This document shows positions 13,568 to 27,464 of a stretch of 64,000 nt of DNA, one piece after another (positions within the stretch are counted from its first letter, which is position 1; each line of letters starts with the position of its first letter). Origin of the DNA: Octopus vulgaris. Lineage: Eukaryota. Below the pieces are notes generated by a model. It made no database searches. It had not been told where the DNA came from and worked only from the letters and a program-made list of their open reading frames with translations. A program made the translations under genes and the position numbers. The DNA lies in assembly GCA_951406725.2 (NCBI GenBank), contig OX597820.1:84444001-84508000 (forward strand), read 5' to 3'.

Positions 13568-13626
<59 letters not shown>

Positions 13627-13659
13627 ACGGCAGCAGCAGCAGCAGAATATATTCGTAAC

Positions 13660-13800
13660 ATGGAAACATCGTTAGAGTAATCGTAAAAATACTTTCTATT
13701 ATTTGTTCCTGCTTTTTACGGTCTCTGTTCAAATTCCAGTCGATGTCAACTATTCTATTATCACAATCATAGGTCTCTTCAGCCAAAATCACATATTTTA
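13660..13800 (-). mobile_element. Dong/R4 3' fragment between trinucleotide arrays
   Basis: KYVILAEE...IVDIDW resembles the RLE C-terminus; flanked by (TAT)n and (TAG)n. Confidence 0.4.
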
Positions 13801-13818
13801 TTATTATTATTATTATTA

Positions 13819-13894
<76 letters not shown>

Positions 13895-13977
13895 CATTAT
13901 TATTATTATCATTATCATTATTATCATTATTATCATTATTATTATTATTATCATTATTATTATTATTATTATTATTA

Positions 13978-14500
13978 AGTGAGACAGCAGTTCAAGCCAT
14001 TGAAGTTACTCTAGCTTACGAATATACGAAGCCCAGTATACCCATCATGATTATCTGTCTGATAAGGGTACTCCAGGTATATGCATCAAAGTCATGTGCG
14101 TAACATGGTAATCTCATATCAAGATAAACAGTGCCTGAACTGTAGGTGAAGCCCAGCTAGAATTTTCTTCAGGTTGAGTAGCCCATCCCGATCGAAAGGT
14201 CCTTGAATAAAGGTTGTTTATGGATGTTGAATGAAACACCCATGTTTCCAAAGGTGAGTTATTTAAACTCCAAAGATTTCCTCTGAACACATGTCTTTGA
14301 TACTCCCCAACTAGTTCTGTACGTGATCAGATATGCACATATCATCAGCCTCCAGGGGACATGCTCATCTGGTTAAGGTCAAACATCTAACCAGCAGTGT
14401 GGTTTTGAACAGAATATTTGCTGTAGCACATCATTTATTCCAAGATAAGGCATATAGGTGATGACACCTCCAACCAGAAGCCACGATAGCCAATGCCATC
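13978..14500 (-). mobile_element. Family A repeat, diverged copy
   Basis: Reverse complement of 10701-11213; its tail is the (TAT)n array at 13798-13977. Confidence 0.85.
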
Positions 14501-14544
14501 GGGCTATCTATTATTATTATTGTTGTTGTTGTTGTTGTTGAAGA

Positions 14545-14735
14545 CTGTGAGCTAACAGTATCGTTAGCACGCTTGATGAACCGCTTAGTGATGTTTCGTC
14601 GAAATTCCACAGAGATCGAATTTGCCTTTCATCATTTCGGGGTACATATATTAAGTACCAGTGAAACAGTGGTATCGATGTAACAACTAGTCCCCACTCA
14701 AAACGTTTAGTCCCTCTGTCTACAGTAGAAATCAT
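14545..14735 (+). mobile_element. tRNA-derived SINE family B (Nin-domain type), decayed
   Basis: CGTTAGCACGC...GAAATTCCACAGAGATCGAATTTGCCTTTCATC...TTAAGTACCAG. Confidence 0.7.
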
Positions 14736-14736
14736 T

Positions 14737-15290
14737 ATTGAGTGAGAGACCAGTGCATGCCATCAAAATGACACTGGGGTAAAACAAACGAAGCCCAGTA
14801 TGCCCATCATGACTACCCGTCTGATAAGGGTACACCAGGCACATGCATCACAACCATATGTGCACGAAATGGGGATCTCATATCAAGATAAACAGCGCAT
14901 GACCTTGCAGGTGGCACCCATTTAGAATTTTCTTCTGGTCGAGTAGCCCATTCCGCTCAAAAGATCCCTGAATAAGGATTGTTGAAGGATGTGGAACGAA
15001 CGACACATGCTTCCGAAGGTGAATTATCCAAAAACTCTAATAATCCCTCTCAACACATGGCTATGATGCTCTCCCACTGCTTCTTCTCATGATCAGTGAT
15101 TCACATATCGTCAGCCACTAAGGGGCATGTTCGACTGGTTAAGGTCAAACAACTGACAAGCAAATCTCGGTATTGAGCTGAATATTTGCTGTAGCCCATC
15201 TTTTATACCAAGACAAAACATTGTACATGATAACACTTCCAATTAGTTAAGATCAGGAACCATGAGATCCACTGCCTGTTACTGCTATAG
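14737..15290 (-). mobile_element. Family A repeat
   Basis: Reverse complement of 10701-11213. Confidence 0.9.
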
Positions 15291-15769
15291 TTATTATTAT
15301 TATTATTATTATTAATATTATTATTATTATTATTTTGATTATTATTATTACTGGTGTTGTTGTTATTGTTTTGTGTTGTTGTTGCTGGTGATGTTATGCA
15401 ATAAGTTCAATTTATCCATTTCAATGTAAAGTATATTTTTGTTGCATGACAGTGCTGTCATTCATGACTAACTTTTATCCGCACAAGATATTTACAGTTA
15501 GCGAGTAGTCAACGGGGAATACGGATAATAATGAAAACATCTACAATTGTTTCGGAATATTTACCTCTACTCTCTATATCGTGAGCTCAACCTCAGTCTG
15601 AATACATTCAGCGTTTACTGCTTCCAGTTCATCTAAACTACACGTAAATATTGATTAGAATTTAGAAGCATTTCTTTCAAATTACTGGTATTCGTTCTAT
15701 TAAAATGATCAATATCTTTTATATCATATTGAAGAATTTTAGTCGGTATAATCGGCCCCAGTACGTATT

Positions 15770-15890
15770 CTATTTGTAAAATCTGGTACTTATTCTATCG
15801 GTCTCTGTTGCCAAATTGTTAGGTTATGAGACATAGCCACATCAACAGCTGTTGTCAAGCAATGGTGGAGACAAGCACACGTACAAAGAA
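15770..15890 (-). mobile_element. SINE family C 3' portion
   Basis: Reverse complement of GCTTGACAAC...GGCAA.AGAGACCGATAGAATAAGTAC. Confidence 0.65.
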
Positions 15891-15992
15891 GCACGTGCGC
15901 GCGTGAACAGACCACCACGCGCGTGCACACACACGTACATACGTATATACATACATACGCACACACACACACACATACACACACACACACAT

Positions 15993-16049
<57 letters not shown>

Positions 16050-18707
16050 GGGAAAATAATGCGAAGCAATATCAGTGACATACATGTATACATATCTGAT
16101 ATGATATAACTACATTTATTTTACATTTACAAATGTAGGAACGATATGTTGTTATCATTACTTCATGTGAGTTGACTGTATTTTTTGTGCGTTAGGTATA
16201 TTTGTCCACTATACTTGCTAATAATTCAGCGATCTAATGGTGTATATTTCCAGATGTTTCATAGGGAATAAATTAATTATTCATCTGGTAGAATGTACAT
16301 ATCCCTGAGTAGCTAATCCATTGTAGAATGCAATAAATATCTAATTCAATATTTGATATAATTTTCTAAATTCCGTATTCGGTATAGCGCATTGACACTG
16401 TTATAATCTGTTCAGCATCTGCTATCCTTTTATTTATTTATTTAGTCATTTATTTATTTATTTATTTATTTATTCATTCATTCACTTATTCTGTTGTCCC
16501 TGTGCGCTCAACTTTATGTAATCACTAATTCTCTCACATAGACAGAGTGACTGATATTTCGGAGAATAGTATTGTCGATTAGAATAATCCCGATAGTCAT
16601 TGTTGTTTATATTTATGAAGTCCAGAATGAAGATAAGAAGGACATGAATGAGATTTGAAATCGAAAGGTAAATGTAAACTACAGTATAAAATATTTTTTT
16701 TCTCGCACAATCAATGCGACTAACAAGATTATCTACTTCGTATATACCAATATCTAAGACATTTAAGACATTAGGTATCTGTACGAAATTTTACAAGCGC
16801 ATTCCATTGAACAAGCCTTATGAATGAGTGCCACAAGATGAAACACTGCTTGATGAAACGTGGTTTGTACACCTACTTAAATAGGCAGAGAAATCTAAGG
16901 ATATTCCTTCGTATATACATTGAATGCTCACTTACTTTGGTTATTTTCATTGTTTTAGAAGTAAACACTCAGAACTTCAACTTTTCTTAGCCTGCATAAC
17001 GTGAAGCTGGTCGAAGGAAACATTGATTATTTCAATTAAGACATTACCCGACATCTTGTCGCAATATGAATATTTTTGAACTATAACTTGGAAATGATCT
17101 TAATTTTATAATACTGTATCAAGTGCGGCAATATTTCTTTCATTAATCCTGATTAATAACATTACGGCTTTGCTTGCAATGAAGAAATGCAGAAATAAGA
17201 ATTACTTCTGCAGAGGAAGCGTTACATTTACTATCTGAAGGTCTTGCTTTATACTGACAGTTATTTAAAATGTCAACTGTTGAATTGATGGATATCATAA
17301 CGTACAGAGATTCAAATATGAATCATGACATTTTCATTCATTTTACTTTATTGTGATGCCTATTGCCTTTCACTAAAGTGTGTTCAGGAGAAGTAAAAAC
17401 CATCTTGCAGAGACGTAAGAACACAACATGATAAAAATCTTCTGATGATAATCTTAGACGAAATTTACAAATGATTCTATTTACATTTATATTGATCTTC
17501 AGGTAAAGCGTGGGAACAGACATGATTACGTAATCAACATTTTGACGTCGTTACTGCGTAGTTTCTAGTACCATCCCATGCGAGTTACTATGTACGATAC
17601 TGCTGTAATGTTCGTTGAGTTAAATTTAGTATACAAGGAATATTGTTATAGTGACGATTCTCTTATCTGGGTGATATACTTAATCTATAGGTTTCTTTAA
17701 ATCTACATGCCCTTAGTACTGCCTATTTTGTTGCATGTTTTAAGGCTAAGTGTCTTATATCTTTCCGAAACTTTCCGTCGGCACAGGAATAGTTCATAGC
17801 CATTGCTTTTTCTTTTCAAACACCGTCTAAGACACTATAAGACCAGATGAGAACTAGGACACGTTAATTTGCTGAAAAATATATCTTTAAGCTTTCAATA
17901 AATTTGAAAATGTAATCCTGTATCATTGCAATGATAGCTTTTACACTTCATTTAATTTCTGTTTTTACAATGGACATAGAATTATTGCTTTTGAGATCTT
18001 CAGGGAATACAAAAGTTGCAACTTAAAGGATGAAATCAGAGATTTTTTTTTATCTCGAACAAGTGTCATAATTCTAAACGTCACGCCTCAACTGATTTAT
18101 GTTGCAGAAAACAGAAGACATTTAATGTTGCGAAATCTGATATAATTTTTCTTAGTAGCTTAAACCAAAGGCGCAATTTACAACATGGCACTTTGATACG
18201 TGTCGCATAACAACACTGTAGAATTGTAATCGTTTAAACATCATCATATATCTTCCCACTTAAATGAGTTTATAATATCACCTTTGTTCTTCGTATTAAA
18301 TTTCGCCATTGATGATACCCAATAACCCGAAAACTCACCCCATGACACTAATATGTCTTCACTTTCAAAATAACACACACAAAATAGCGCCTCCCCGACC
18401 AATTCACTATTCCATGGTGTAATGCCACGTAGAAGCCGATACTTGCAGTGTAAATCTCTCATCACAGATTCGATATAACGATAGGCTGTGTGATGTGAAG
18501 CGTATCAACAAAATGATGTATTTCATACGAATCGTTAAGCAAGTAGCGATGGTTTACGTAGCGTTCAAAATAAGACAGATGACAATGATATATTTGATAT
18601 TTACTGATTGGCGATAGAATTGCTGTACAAGTGGTTTGTTCTGATATTAGAAACTCTTTGGATTGAAATTTAGTAGCTTGATATAGAATAGACAAGACAT
18701 ATAAGCA

Positions 18708-18865
18708 AAGGCGCAGGAGTCGATGTGTGGAAAGAAGCTTCCTTCTAAACTACATAGTTCCCGGTTCAATCCCACTGCATGTCTTCTACTATAGCCACGT
18801 GCCGACCAAAGCCTTGTGAGTGGAACTGATAGATGGAAACTGAAAGAAGGACGTTGTGTATACGT
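18708..18865 (+). mobile_element. SINE family C head (tRNA plus CORE-like)
   Basis: GGCGCAGGAGT...TGTGTGG...CCGACCAAAGCCTTGTGAGTGG...GGAAACTGAAAGAAG. Confidence 0.8.
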
Positions 18866-19974
18866 GTATACAAACTAACGTACCTGATAACTCTCGGGAA
18901 AGTGGGGCTTATCCCTTGTTTCCATTCTCATAATTGTTTCGCTAATCCAATAACACCAATATAATGTATGTAACCGTTAAATGTTTTTTGTACATTTACG
19001 GAGAATACCCAAATGTGTCACACAGGATCTTGTTTTTAGGAATTCCCCATAAGTTATGAACATCCAAATTGTGAAGCAGTTATGTCATAACATGAAATTA
19101 GTCATGCGATATTAAGAATTCAAATAAAGTAGCCCCGAAAAAGGGCTTCAATGCGTTCCCAGATTATATAGTGTTTGGAGGAAATACTAATAAGTTGTGT
19201 ATACTAAAATCGTGAAGCATGTTACGTAATAATATGCTAATTAGATATGAGATAATAACAATTCAAAGCAAATATTTCTGAAGACGGCTTTTGTGCGTTC
19301 CCAAACAATATTACCCTCAGTAGCGCTAGTGTTGGTATATTCGTGAATAAGTCATTAACCGAAATGTGTGGATCTATTACTTTGGAAAATACTATCGACT
19401 TTCAGCCACATATATTTGCTTGTTGGAGGTCACGACAGGTATAAAAGGATGTTCTTGAAACTTTGAAACTTAGTTTAAAGAGACAATATTATTATATCAC
19501 CTGAAGAAACAGTTTTAGATACCATAATACAGGAAAAAGCTTACATAATCAGATACTTGCATGCAAGGAGTACTACGTTTTGTGGAAATAATTGCAGTGA
19601 TTACAAAATTGTCCAACTGCTCTCCCTATTGTTGACTCCAAATTATTAAATAAGGGCTAGCAAAAAGAACGCCTGAATTTCAATTCCAACTAAGCCATTC
19701 CTTCATTCAACGAGTAGTGGCGACATTGGATAACGAAGTTCATTTATAAAAAATATATATAATAATAGAATGAAAAATAAACTGATTTAAGAAAACCCAT
19801 TCAACTATTGGTGAAGCCAGTGAATGAGGAAATCAAAATAAAATTTTAAAAAGCAGATATAAATATCGCACATTATGAGAAGTAGAAAACTACACAGAAA
19901 AATAAACTTAAAAGATCATAACCTAAAAAAGATTATTTTTGTATACAAATATTGATGACGTCACTGGATAACTA

Positions 19975-20105
19975 AAGAATAAAAACTAAGCAGCTGGCGA
20001 TAAAATAGTTTGACCAAAAGAACCGACTATCGCAAGAAAAATAAATATTGAAAAAAAAACACATTTCGCCAAATTTGAACATACGGCAATTTAGCATAAT
20101 AGGAA
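19975..20105 (-). repeat. Unclassified interspersed repeat, homologous to 26240-26370
   Basis: Inverted homolog of 26240-26370; both translate SRFFWSNY. Confidence 0.65.
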
Positions 20106-20149
<44 letters not shown>

Positions 20150-20157
20150 ATTTGTGG

Positions 20158-20550
20158 CAATCCGTCTGTTGTGACGACCAGGGTTCCGGTTGCTACTTTT
20201 CAACGGAAAAGCCTGTCTGTGCAAGTGGCTGAGCACTGCACAGACACGTTTACCTTTGATGTAGTTCTCAAAGAGTTTGAGCGTGACAGAGTGTGACAAG
20301 GCTGGCCCTTTAAAATACAGGTACAACAGAAACAGGAAGAAAGAGTGAGAGAAAGTTGTGAATGAAAGATTACAGCATGGTTCGCCATGTTAGTGTACCT
20401 CTATTTGTAAACCCACCGTCGCTTGACAACCGATGTCGGCTAAAGAGGCCAGTAGAATAAGTACTAGGCTTACAAAGAATACATCCTGAGGTCGATTTTG
20501 TTCGACCAAAGCCGGTACTCCAGCATGGCAACCGTCAAATGATTGAAATG
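20158..20550. mobile_element. SINE family D tail (minus) followed by SINE family C tail (plus, 20405-20550)
   Basis: GTGCAAGTGGCTGAGCACT.CACAGACACG...GTGTGACAAGGCTGGCCC is shared with 32755-33060. CGCTTGACAACCGATG...CCAGCATGGC is shared with family C. Confidence 0.8.
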
Positions 20551-23455
20551 TGCTTTATCAGGGTACATTTCTAAAAATGTCCATAATATAAAACAAAAAT
20601 CTCTTTCTTCGCGACACATTTAGTGAAATGCTGGAGATTGTTAGTTTATTTCTAAATTTAGGTTGTAAAATTTTCTGACTAACACTCTTGCAACATTACT
20701 GTTTTAAATCATGTTGGCTTGTCAGGTTAATTGTGCTTCTGTTGTTTACATGTAATGGTCAGCTGCAAGCAACACATTTTAGTTTACTTGAGGTCGTGAT
20801 TGTCAGGTATTTCCTGTTTCATGCATTACCTGGCTACACGCTTTCATCTGATGTATATGATTACTGCTTATTTGAAAATTTGCATATCACTCCATATCTG
20901 CATAATGCTCTTCTGAAATGTAGACTTATTCTTGTAAATCGCTATGGTAATCAGGCTTTTTGTTGTTTTAATGTTGAATAAATTCTATGTCAATATCCGA
21001 AACTTCGTGAATATAGCTGTATTCATAAGTTAAAGATAATTAAATAATCCGGTTACGTTAAATATATTCCTATATCTCCATCATTGGATTGATAATTTGT
21101 ACAGGCTCCGTTTAAAATCCGCTAACATTAAAACATTTCGGATATTCGTGATGTGGCCATTTCCAGTGTTATATCTGTTACTTTGTAATAGCTGTTAATG
21201 TGAGGATCCTGGTCATCCCATGAAGAGGAAGTCTCAAAGTAAAATGTATTGTTGTTATATTGATAACATTCAAATTTTCAAAATGTCAGTATAAAGAACA
21301 TCCTTTATCTAGTGGCCACATCTTGTTTTAATAGAATAGCTTGAAAGAGATATGTCTGCTAATTCTAGGAGTCGAGCTGCACATTTTTCATACTTATCAC
21401 TATATGTTTTTGAACTTTAGTTTCGTCACGAAATGTCCACCTGGACGTTAGGAAATTTATAACTTAATTTAAGGTACCTAACAATGCATTGATGTAGATT
21501 GGTTGGCTCTATATAATAGCTACTATGTGTGTTTATATTTAATAAAATAGTAGGCAGCAATTGCAACATCACGCGAAAATTCAACTATTTTGGCCATTTT
21601 TATGAATTGCATAGAAGACACCCAGCATAAATTTGTCAAGGATTCTGTTTCATGATGTAAATGATATGATTTAATAAAACTGTTATCATAAAGCAAACTT
21701 CTCCAGGATTAAAAAGCTTTGTGTAGAGAGTAAACCTGAATTAAGTTGTCATAATAAAGTAACATCCAAGCACATTAATGGGAACATAGAGAACGAATGC
21801 TTGTTAATTTTGGGGTTTCAAATTACAGAATATATCAATTTCATTTGATGAGTCGGTTCGATGATAAAGGATAGAGCGTAGTGATGTAATTATATAGCAC
21901 ACACTGTTCAATACCGAAACAACGTTCGATCATTACACTAGCAGAATCATTCAGACGGAAAGTTCGAACTAATGTGAGATGTATGCATCCAAAATGACGA
22001 TAATGAAATAATTATCAGACATCTATTGTAAAACGAGTAACTTCAAACCTGGATAACACAACTAAACAGAAACTGGAAATAAACACGACATATGTGTTAA
22101 ATGCGGCATGTCAACTTTTAATTATAGCAAAGACATAATCCAATGGAAGATAAATGTAAATTTCTGCTGCTTATATACAAAACAAGATTTTTTGGGAGAG
22201 AGGTTTATTCAAAAGAAATTTAAATATTATATTCATCTTATGCTCCAGAGATATGTCAGAGTTAAAAATAAATCTCTTTGTCAAACCTGGATTATGAATC
22301 TATGTTTGACAAGTTTTAACAGTACTCAGCGTATATTTGCAAATATTTGCTCCTATCATAGAGGTATAGTCAGTCTCAGATAGAAGTTCAATAACAATCG
22401 TGCACAAAATGTCAATTTATAGGATAGGCTTGGAAATATATTTTTCGATGTTTGAAATTAGATTGTGAGACTTGGTGGAAAGAGATACTGGGTATATAAC
22501 TTAAATACTTTTTCTGATCAGTGTGTGTATCTCATCTCGATGCTAGAATGCTTGATTAAAAAAATCTGCCCCAAAATACATGGAAACCTAAAACAAGAAT
22601 TTTGTCAATATTGAAAGTTATTCAGCAGAGAATAGACAATTTGTTGCAACATCCAAACGCTTGGCAATGCAATGTATGACAACATATTGAGAAGGGACAG
22701 GGTATTCCACTAAAAATGTAGATTATTCAATTACTATATGCAAAGAAGAGACCACTGGCAGAAAACACTGAGAGACATTGTTGTATACAAAAATGCGATG
22801 CTAAAAATATTTCCATTCATTGAGTGGAACAGAACTAAATAAATATATCTATGTAGCGCAAAAACCATAACGCATATACTACTTACAAAGAAATGCATAT
22901 ATACTGAAAGGGTGAGCTTCAAACCATGAAAAATTAGCGTCAAGCATGTTCCTAGTAAATAAATGTGAACCGTTTCAGGAAATGTTTCAGACGTCAACGT
23001 AAACATTACACCAGCCCAGACTTGGCTGTAAACGTCTCGAAGGAGCGTAGCAGATAAATGTTCACACGTATAACTTAACTGAATTTTCCCAGAGATTAGT
23101 TACAAATTACTCATCACAATTGATTTAAATTATGTTTGTAATGGAAGAGTTTATCTCAGTCAAAAGACGAATAAATTACGGTGGATTACATCGTTTTCCA
23201 TTGCAAACACTCTACATAGCAACACGTCTATATCTTCACTGGGAAGACGAATTGTTTTCAACAACAAATCCAGACTTCATACATTTCTATCGCCTCATAA
23301 TATATTTCTTAATTTGCTGCTGTATATTGTTATTTTCTATATTTTCCTAAAAGATAAATCAATCTAAATTACAACACTATTCCCTTCTGCCATTTATATA
23401 CACATACATACATACATACATACATACATACATACATACACAAACACACATGCAC

Positions 23456-23503
<48 letters not shown>

Positions 23504-24153
23504 GCACACACACACGCACATATATATATATTTATATATATATATATATGTATACACATATAAATGTAAATATCTAGATATGTGTGTATATATATTATGT
23601 ATATATGCATGTGTAGATACAATTATATATATATATATATATATATATTTATGCGTACAAATATATACATAGATACATACATATACATATGTATGCATAT
23701 TATATGTAGTTATATATATTCACATACGTAATACAAATACCCACAGGAATATATGCATATGTATGTGTTTACGTTTTATATTAGTATTTTGCCAGTTTGT
23801 TTATGTTGATTTCCTCAGTTAATTCATCTTGTCTATTTAATAGCAAACAGTTAGACATACGTTAAAACTCTCGTCAGTCTTCATCCATATACAATGCGAC
23901 GAATATCGAAATAATACTGTTCTCATAGGGATTTTGCGATAAAACCCCTTAAAGCAGTCAGCTTAAAGTATTAAGGCCACGAGCAAAAAATTATAGAGAC
24001 ATCAATGTTTGCGTTTATTCAACCACCACAGTGTATTTGTAATTCTGCAACGTGTGCATGACTGTAGACTGTTTCTATGTGGTACTGATACCGTTTCGTG
24101 TTTTAGTATGAATGAGTGTAGGCAATTCTGACACGTCTCAGTGGATTACTCAG

Positions 24154-24345
<192 letters not shown>

Positions 24346-24688
24346 TATCTATCTATATATTTATCTGTCTATCTATTTATCTGTCTATTTATTTATCTAC
24401 TGCGCTCGCTACCACTCACACTCTATCTATATCTTATATATATGTATGTATAATAAAATAATGTATATACACATTATGCGCTCATATTCATATATACAGA
24501 CATCCAATACATGCATACACATACATATATGCACAAAACTATATACATATATATATATATATAAATACCAGTATACATAAACATATATATATATAAATAT
24601 ATATATGTGTGTGTGTTTGTGTATGAGTGTTTTTCTATGTGTGTGTGTGAGAGAGAGAGAGCCAGTGTGAGTGAGTGTGTGAGTGTGT

Positions 24689-24764
<76 letters not shown>

Positions 24765-26523
24765 CTGTGTGTGTATATATGAGATTTTCTATATGCAGAA
24801 ATTCACATTCAGTTAAGAGCAAGTTCCCTATCAAGAATATCAATCACAGAAAGCGCTGAATAGCCTAGTTATTATTGTGTCATATGAAATTTTGTCTTTG
24901 TGAATTTTTGTCTTAATGCTTCAAATTCCCCGAATGCTCTGAATAATGTAAACATGGAATATATCCGCAGTTTCCTCGTAGATCATTGCAATGATTAGAC
25001 GATTTTTCATTTTTTTATACGTTATACATTATTCGATTAAAAACATTATATGTTGCATGTTATATCATCGTGGCTGCTAGGAACGTATACATAAACAAAG
25101 CAATTTTTTCTATTTACACCTTCAGAACTATAGAAACAATATAAGAATGTCAAATTGTGATCTAGTGCGAAAATATTATTTGGGGCGCTTAAATCCGTGC
25201 GACAATAATCTTTTTCCTGGGAATCAGCTTAAATTGTATCCGGTAGTAGTACCAATGTTCGGAGTTCCAAGGATATTAGGAGTGTAGAATCACCTCTTAG
25301 CCACTATTGTTCCAAGCTCTGCAATGACCAGGAACAGTTGCATCTGTTAAGATCCGCAGAGTTGCTGCTATGTCGGTTTAATATTACTACGCATTTGCTT
25401 CGTGTTTGCACGGAAATGTACAGAAGTGTAGTTATTACAAAGTGAGCGTGACAAATACGATATTGTTTATTCGATCATGCTACGTATCGTCGTTGGCAAT
25501 TCTATTCTGCAATAAAAGGTTCGACCCAATGTTTACGGGTGATATCGGGTAGATGAAAATTAGGAATCATGGTGAATGGAAGGACAAGCTCATTCTGCCT
25601 TCAAGTGTACTTTAAAGTGCAAATGTATGCGACATATTCAAACATCACATTCTTACTAGTGAAATACTGAAACTGTCTATCAAAAGAACGGCTTTGTTAC
25701 AGGATTTCGTCACACAGAATCTGCCCAAGAATCTGAATTAAGGATACATACATACTGCCAATTACTCAGCCACATTCATACGACATTCTGTTTGGGGAAC
25801 AATATTTAAATATTAAATTTATTAAAAGATAGTAATTAACAATATATTACTAAATTATGTAAGTACGTAACGTATTATTTCATTTAATTATTCTTAATTT
25901 CAATAAATCCATTGATTCATCGAGTATTTATGATTCATCTTTCCTGTGTCATCTTCCCCTAAGGGAATTTTATTTCACCAGTTGCTTAACATATTGGCAA
26001 TGCTACTCCTTTAGTCATCAACCCTTTAAAATCTCAAAATAAAACCAAAGTTACTACCTATCATGTACTCTGAATTGTAAATGATAGCAAGTATTTGGAA
26101 CACTATTGAATGAGTAAATGAATAGATTAATTAATTACAGAGAAACTTTTAGTACCAATAAATCAACACAAGGCCAAGGCACTTCAAACTGTTTATGTAC
26201 CTAGTTTGTTTACTTCGCCTTTCAGCCAAGTGGCATTTTCTCTATATATGTTACTGCCATTATGTTAAATTCTTGTATGTCCAAATGTGGCAAAATGCGT
26301 TGTTTCAATATTTATTTTTGCTTGCAAAAGCCGGTTCTTTTGGTCAAACTATCGTATCTCCAGCTGCTTCAGATGCCAAGGTACCAAAAATTGTGAAAGG
26401 GAAGTACGACGGGTTTCGCTATGGAATGGTGAAAATATATTCCCCTTGTCTGAAACAGTAATATTTGGGACTTACGATAATTTGCATAATATAACGATAT
26501 ATATATATATATATATATATACG

Positions 26524-26585
<62 letters not shown>

Positions 26586-26740
26586 TAATGATCGTAGCCG
26601 CTTCAACTTCAACATGGCTATCCGTTCGAACGGATTTCATTGCGATTTTTCAACACCTCTGTCTGATTAACGATCCACAGCTGCATCCGAGATATTACGA
26701 GCAAGGGAGCGAACCCATTCCACCTTCTTGCCACAATACC

Positions 26741-26968
26741 TATTTATTTACTACCCACAAGGAGCTAAACACAGAGGAGACAAACAAGGACAGACAAACG
26801 GATTAAGTCGATTATACCGGCCCCAGTGCGTAACTGGTACTTATTTAATCGACCCCGAAAGGATGAAAGGCAAAGTCGACCTCGGCGGAATTTGAACTCA
26901 GAACGTAGCGGCAGACGAAATACTGCTAAACATTTCGCCCGGCGTGCTAACGTTTCTGCCAGCTCGCC
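26741..26968 (-). mobile_element. SINE family B (Nin-domain tRNA SINE), young full copy with TSD
   Basis: Reverse complement of GGCGAGCTGGCAGAAACGTTAGCACGCC...GCCTTTCATCCTTTCGGGGTCGA...GTGGGTAGTAAA; flanked by GCCACAATRCC at 26730-26740 and 26969-26979. Confidence 0.9.
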
Positions 26969-27111
26969 GCCACAATGCCAGCAGACCAACCAGCTTTCGG
27001 GCTATCTCTCCCTCTCTCAGTACTGTAACCAATATGCACTATTTGCACTACTGGAGATTCACCAGAATAGAGTGATGCAGACCACGATTAGATATACTCA
27101 AATGAACATCC

Positions 27112-27464
27112 ACTGATATTAATACCCGCAAGTCTCAGAATCCCATGAGTTTAGCCAAGTTTGAATTATAAGGACAAATTAAATACCAACTAGACTGGTC
27201 GTTGTTAAGGACGTGAGTGTGTATAATCTAATCTCAATTTATTACAGAACTCCTCTTCCATCGTATATTTATTTTGATCCATCTACTGATATTAATATCC
27301 GCAAGTCTCAGAATTCCATGAGTTTAGTCAAGCTGGAATTACTGTATATGTGGTCACATTAAATACCAACTAGACTGGTCGTTGTTAAGGACATGAGCGT
27401 GTATTATCTAATCTCCATTTATTACAGAACTTCTCTTCCATCGTACATTTATTTTGATCTATCT
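27112..27464. repeat. Tandem duplication of a ~175-bp unit
   Basis: ACTGATATTAATA.CCGCAAGTCTCAGAAT...TTTATTTTGATC occurs at about 27112 and 27285. Confidence 0.9.

Larger units (their letters stand above)
17190..23050 (+). pseudogene. Heavily decayed GVIN1/URGCP-like very large inducible GTPase pseudogene, interrupted by repeats; segment ~20560-21460 apparently inverted
   Basis: Colinear motif remnants. Plus strand: 17192 EEALHLLSEGLALY*QLFKMSTVELMDI; ~17620-17730 YCYSDDSL...YMPLVLPIL (cf. FHCxDxFL...QFALPLL); ~17985 IIAF/DLQG (cf. AFxNLxGD); ~19700 SFIQRVVATLD. Minus strand 21460-20940: GHFVTKL, CAARLLELA, H*IKDVL, IEFIQH. Plus strand: ~22700 G..KCRLFN/TICKEE..KH/RHCC (cf. GCxxxCPFCxxxC...H...H); ~22850 LCSAKTIT...FKP*. 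Confidence 0.5.

Noticed and set aside
18244-18695. Minus ORFs loosely like a Harbinger/ISL2EU transposase C-terminus
   Set aside because: Only a vague KYRLLRGITP similarity; no catalytic motifs or TIRs seen.
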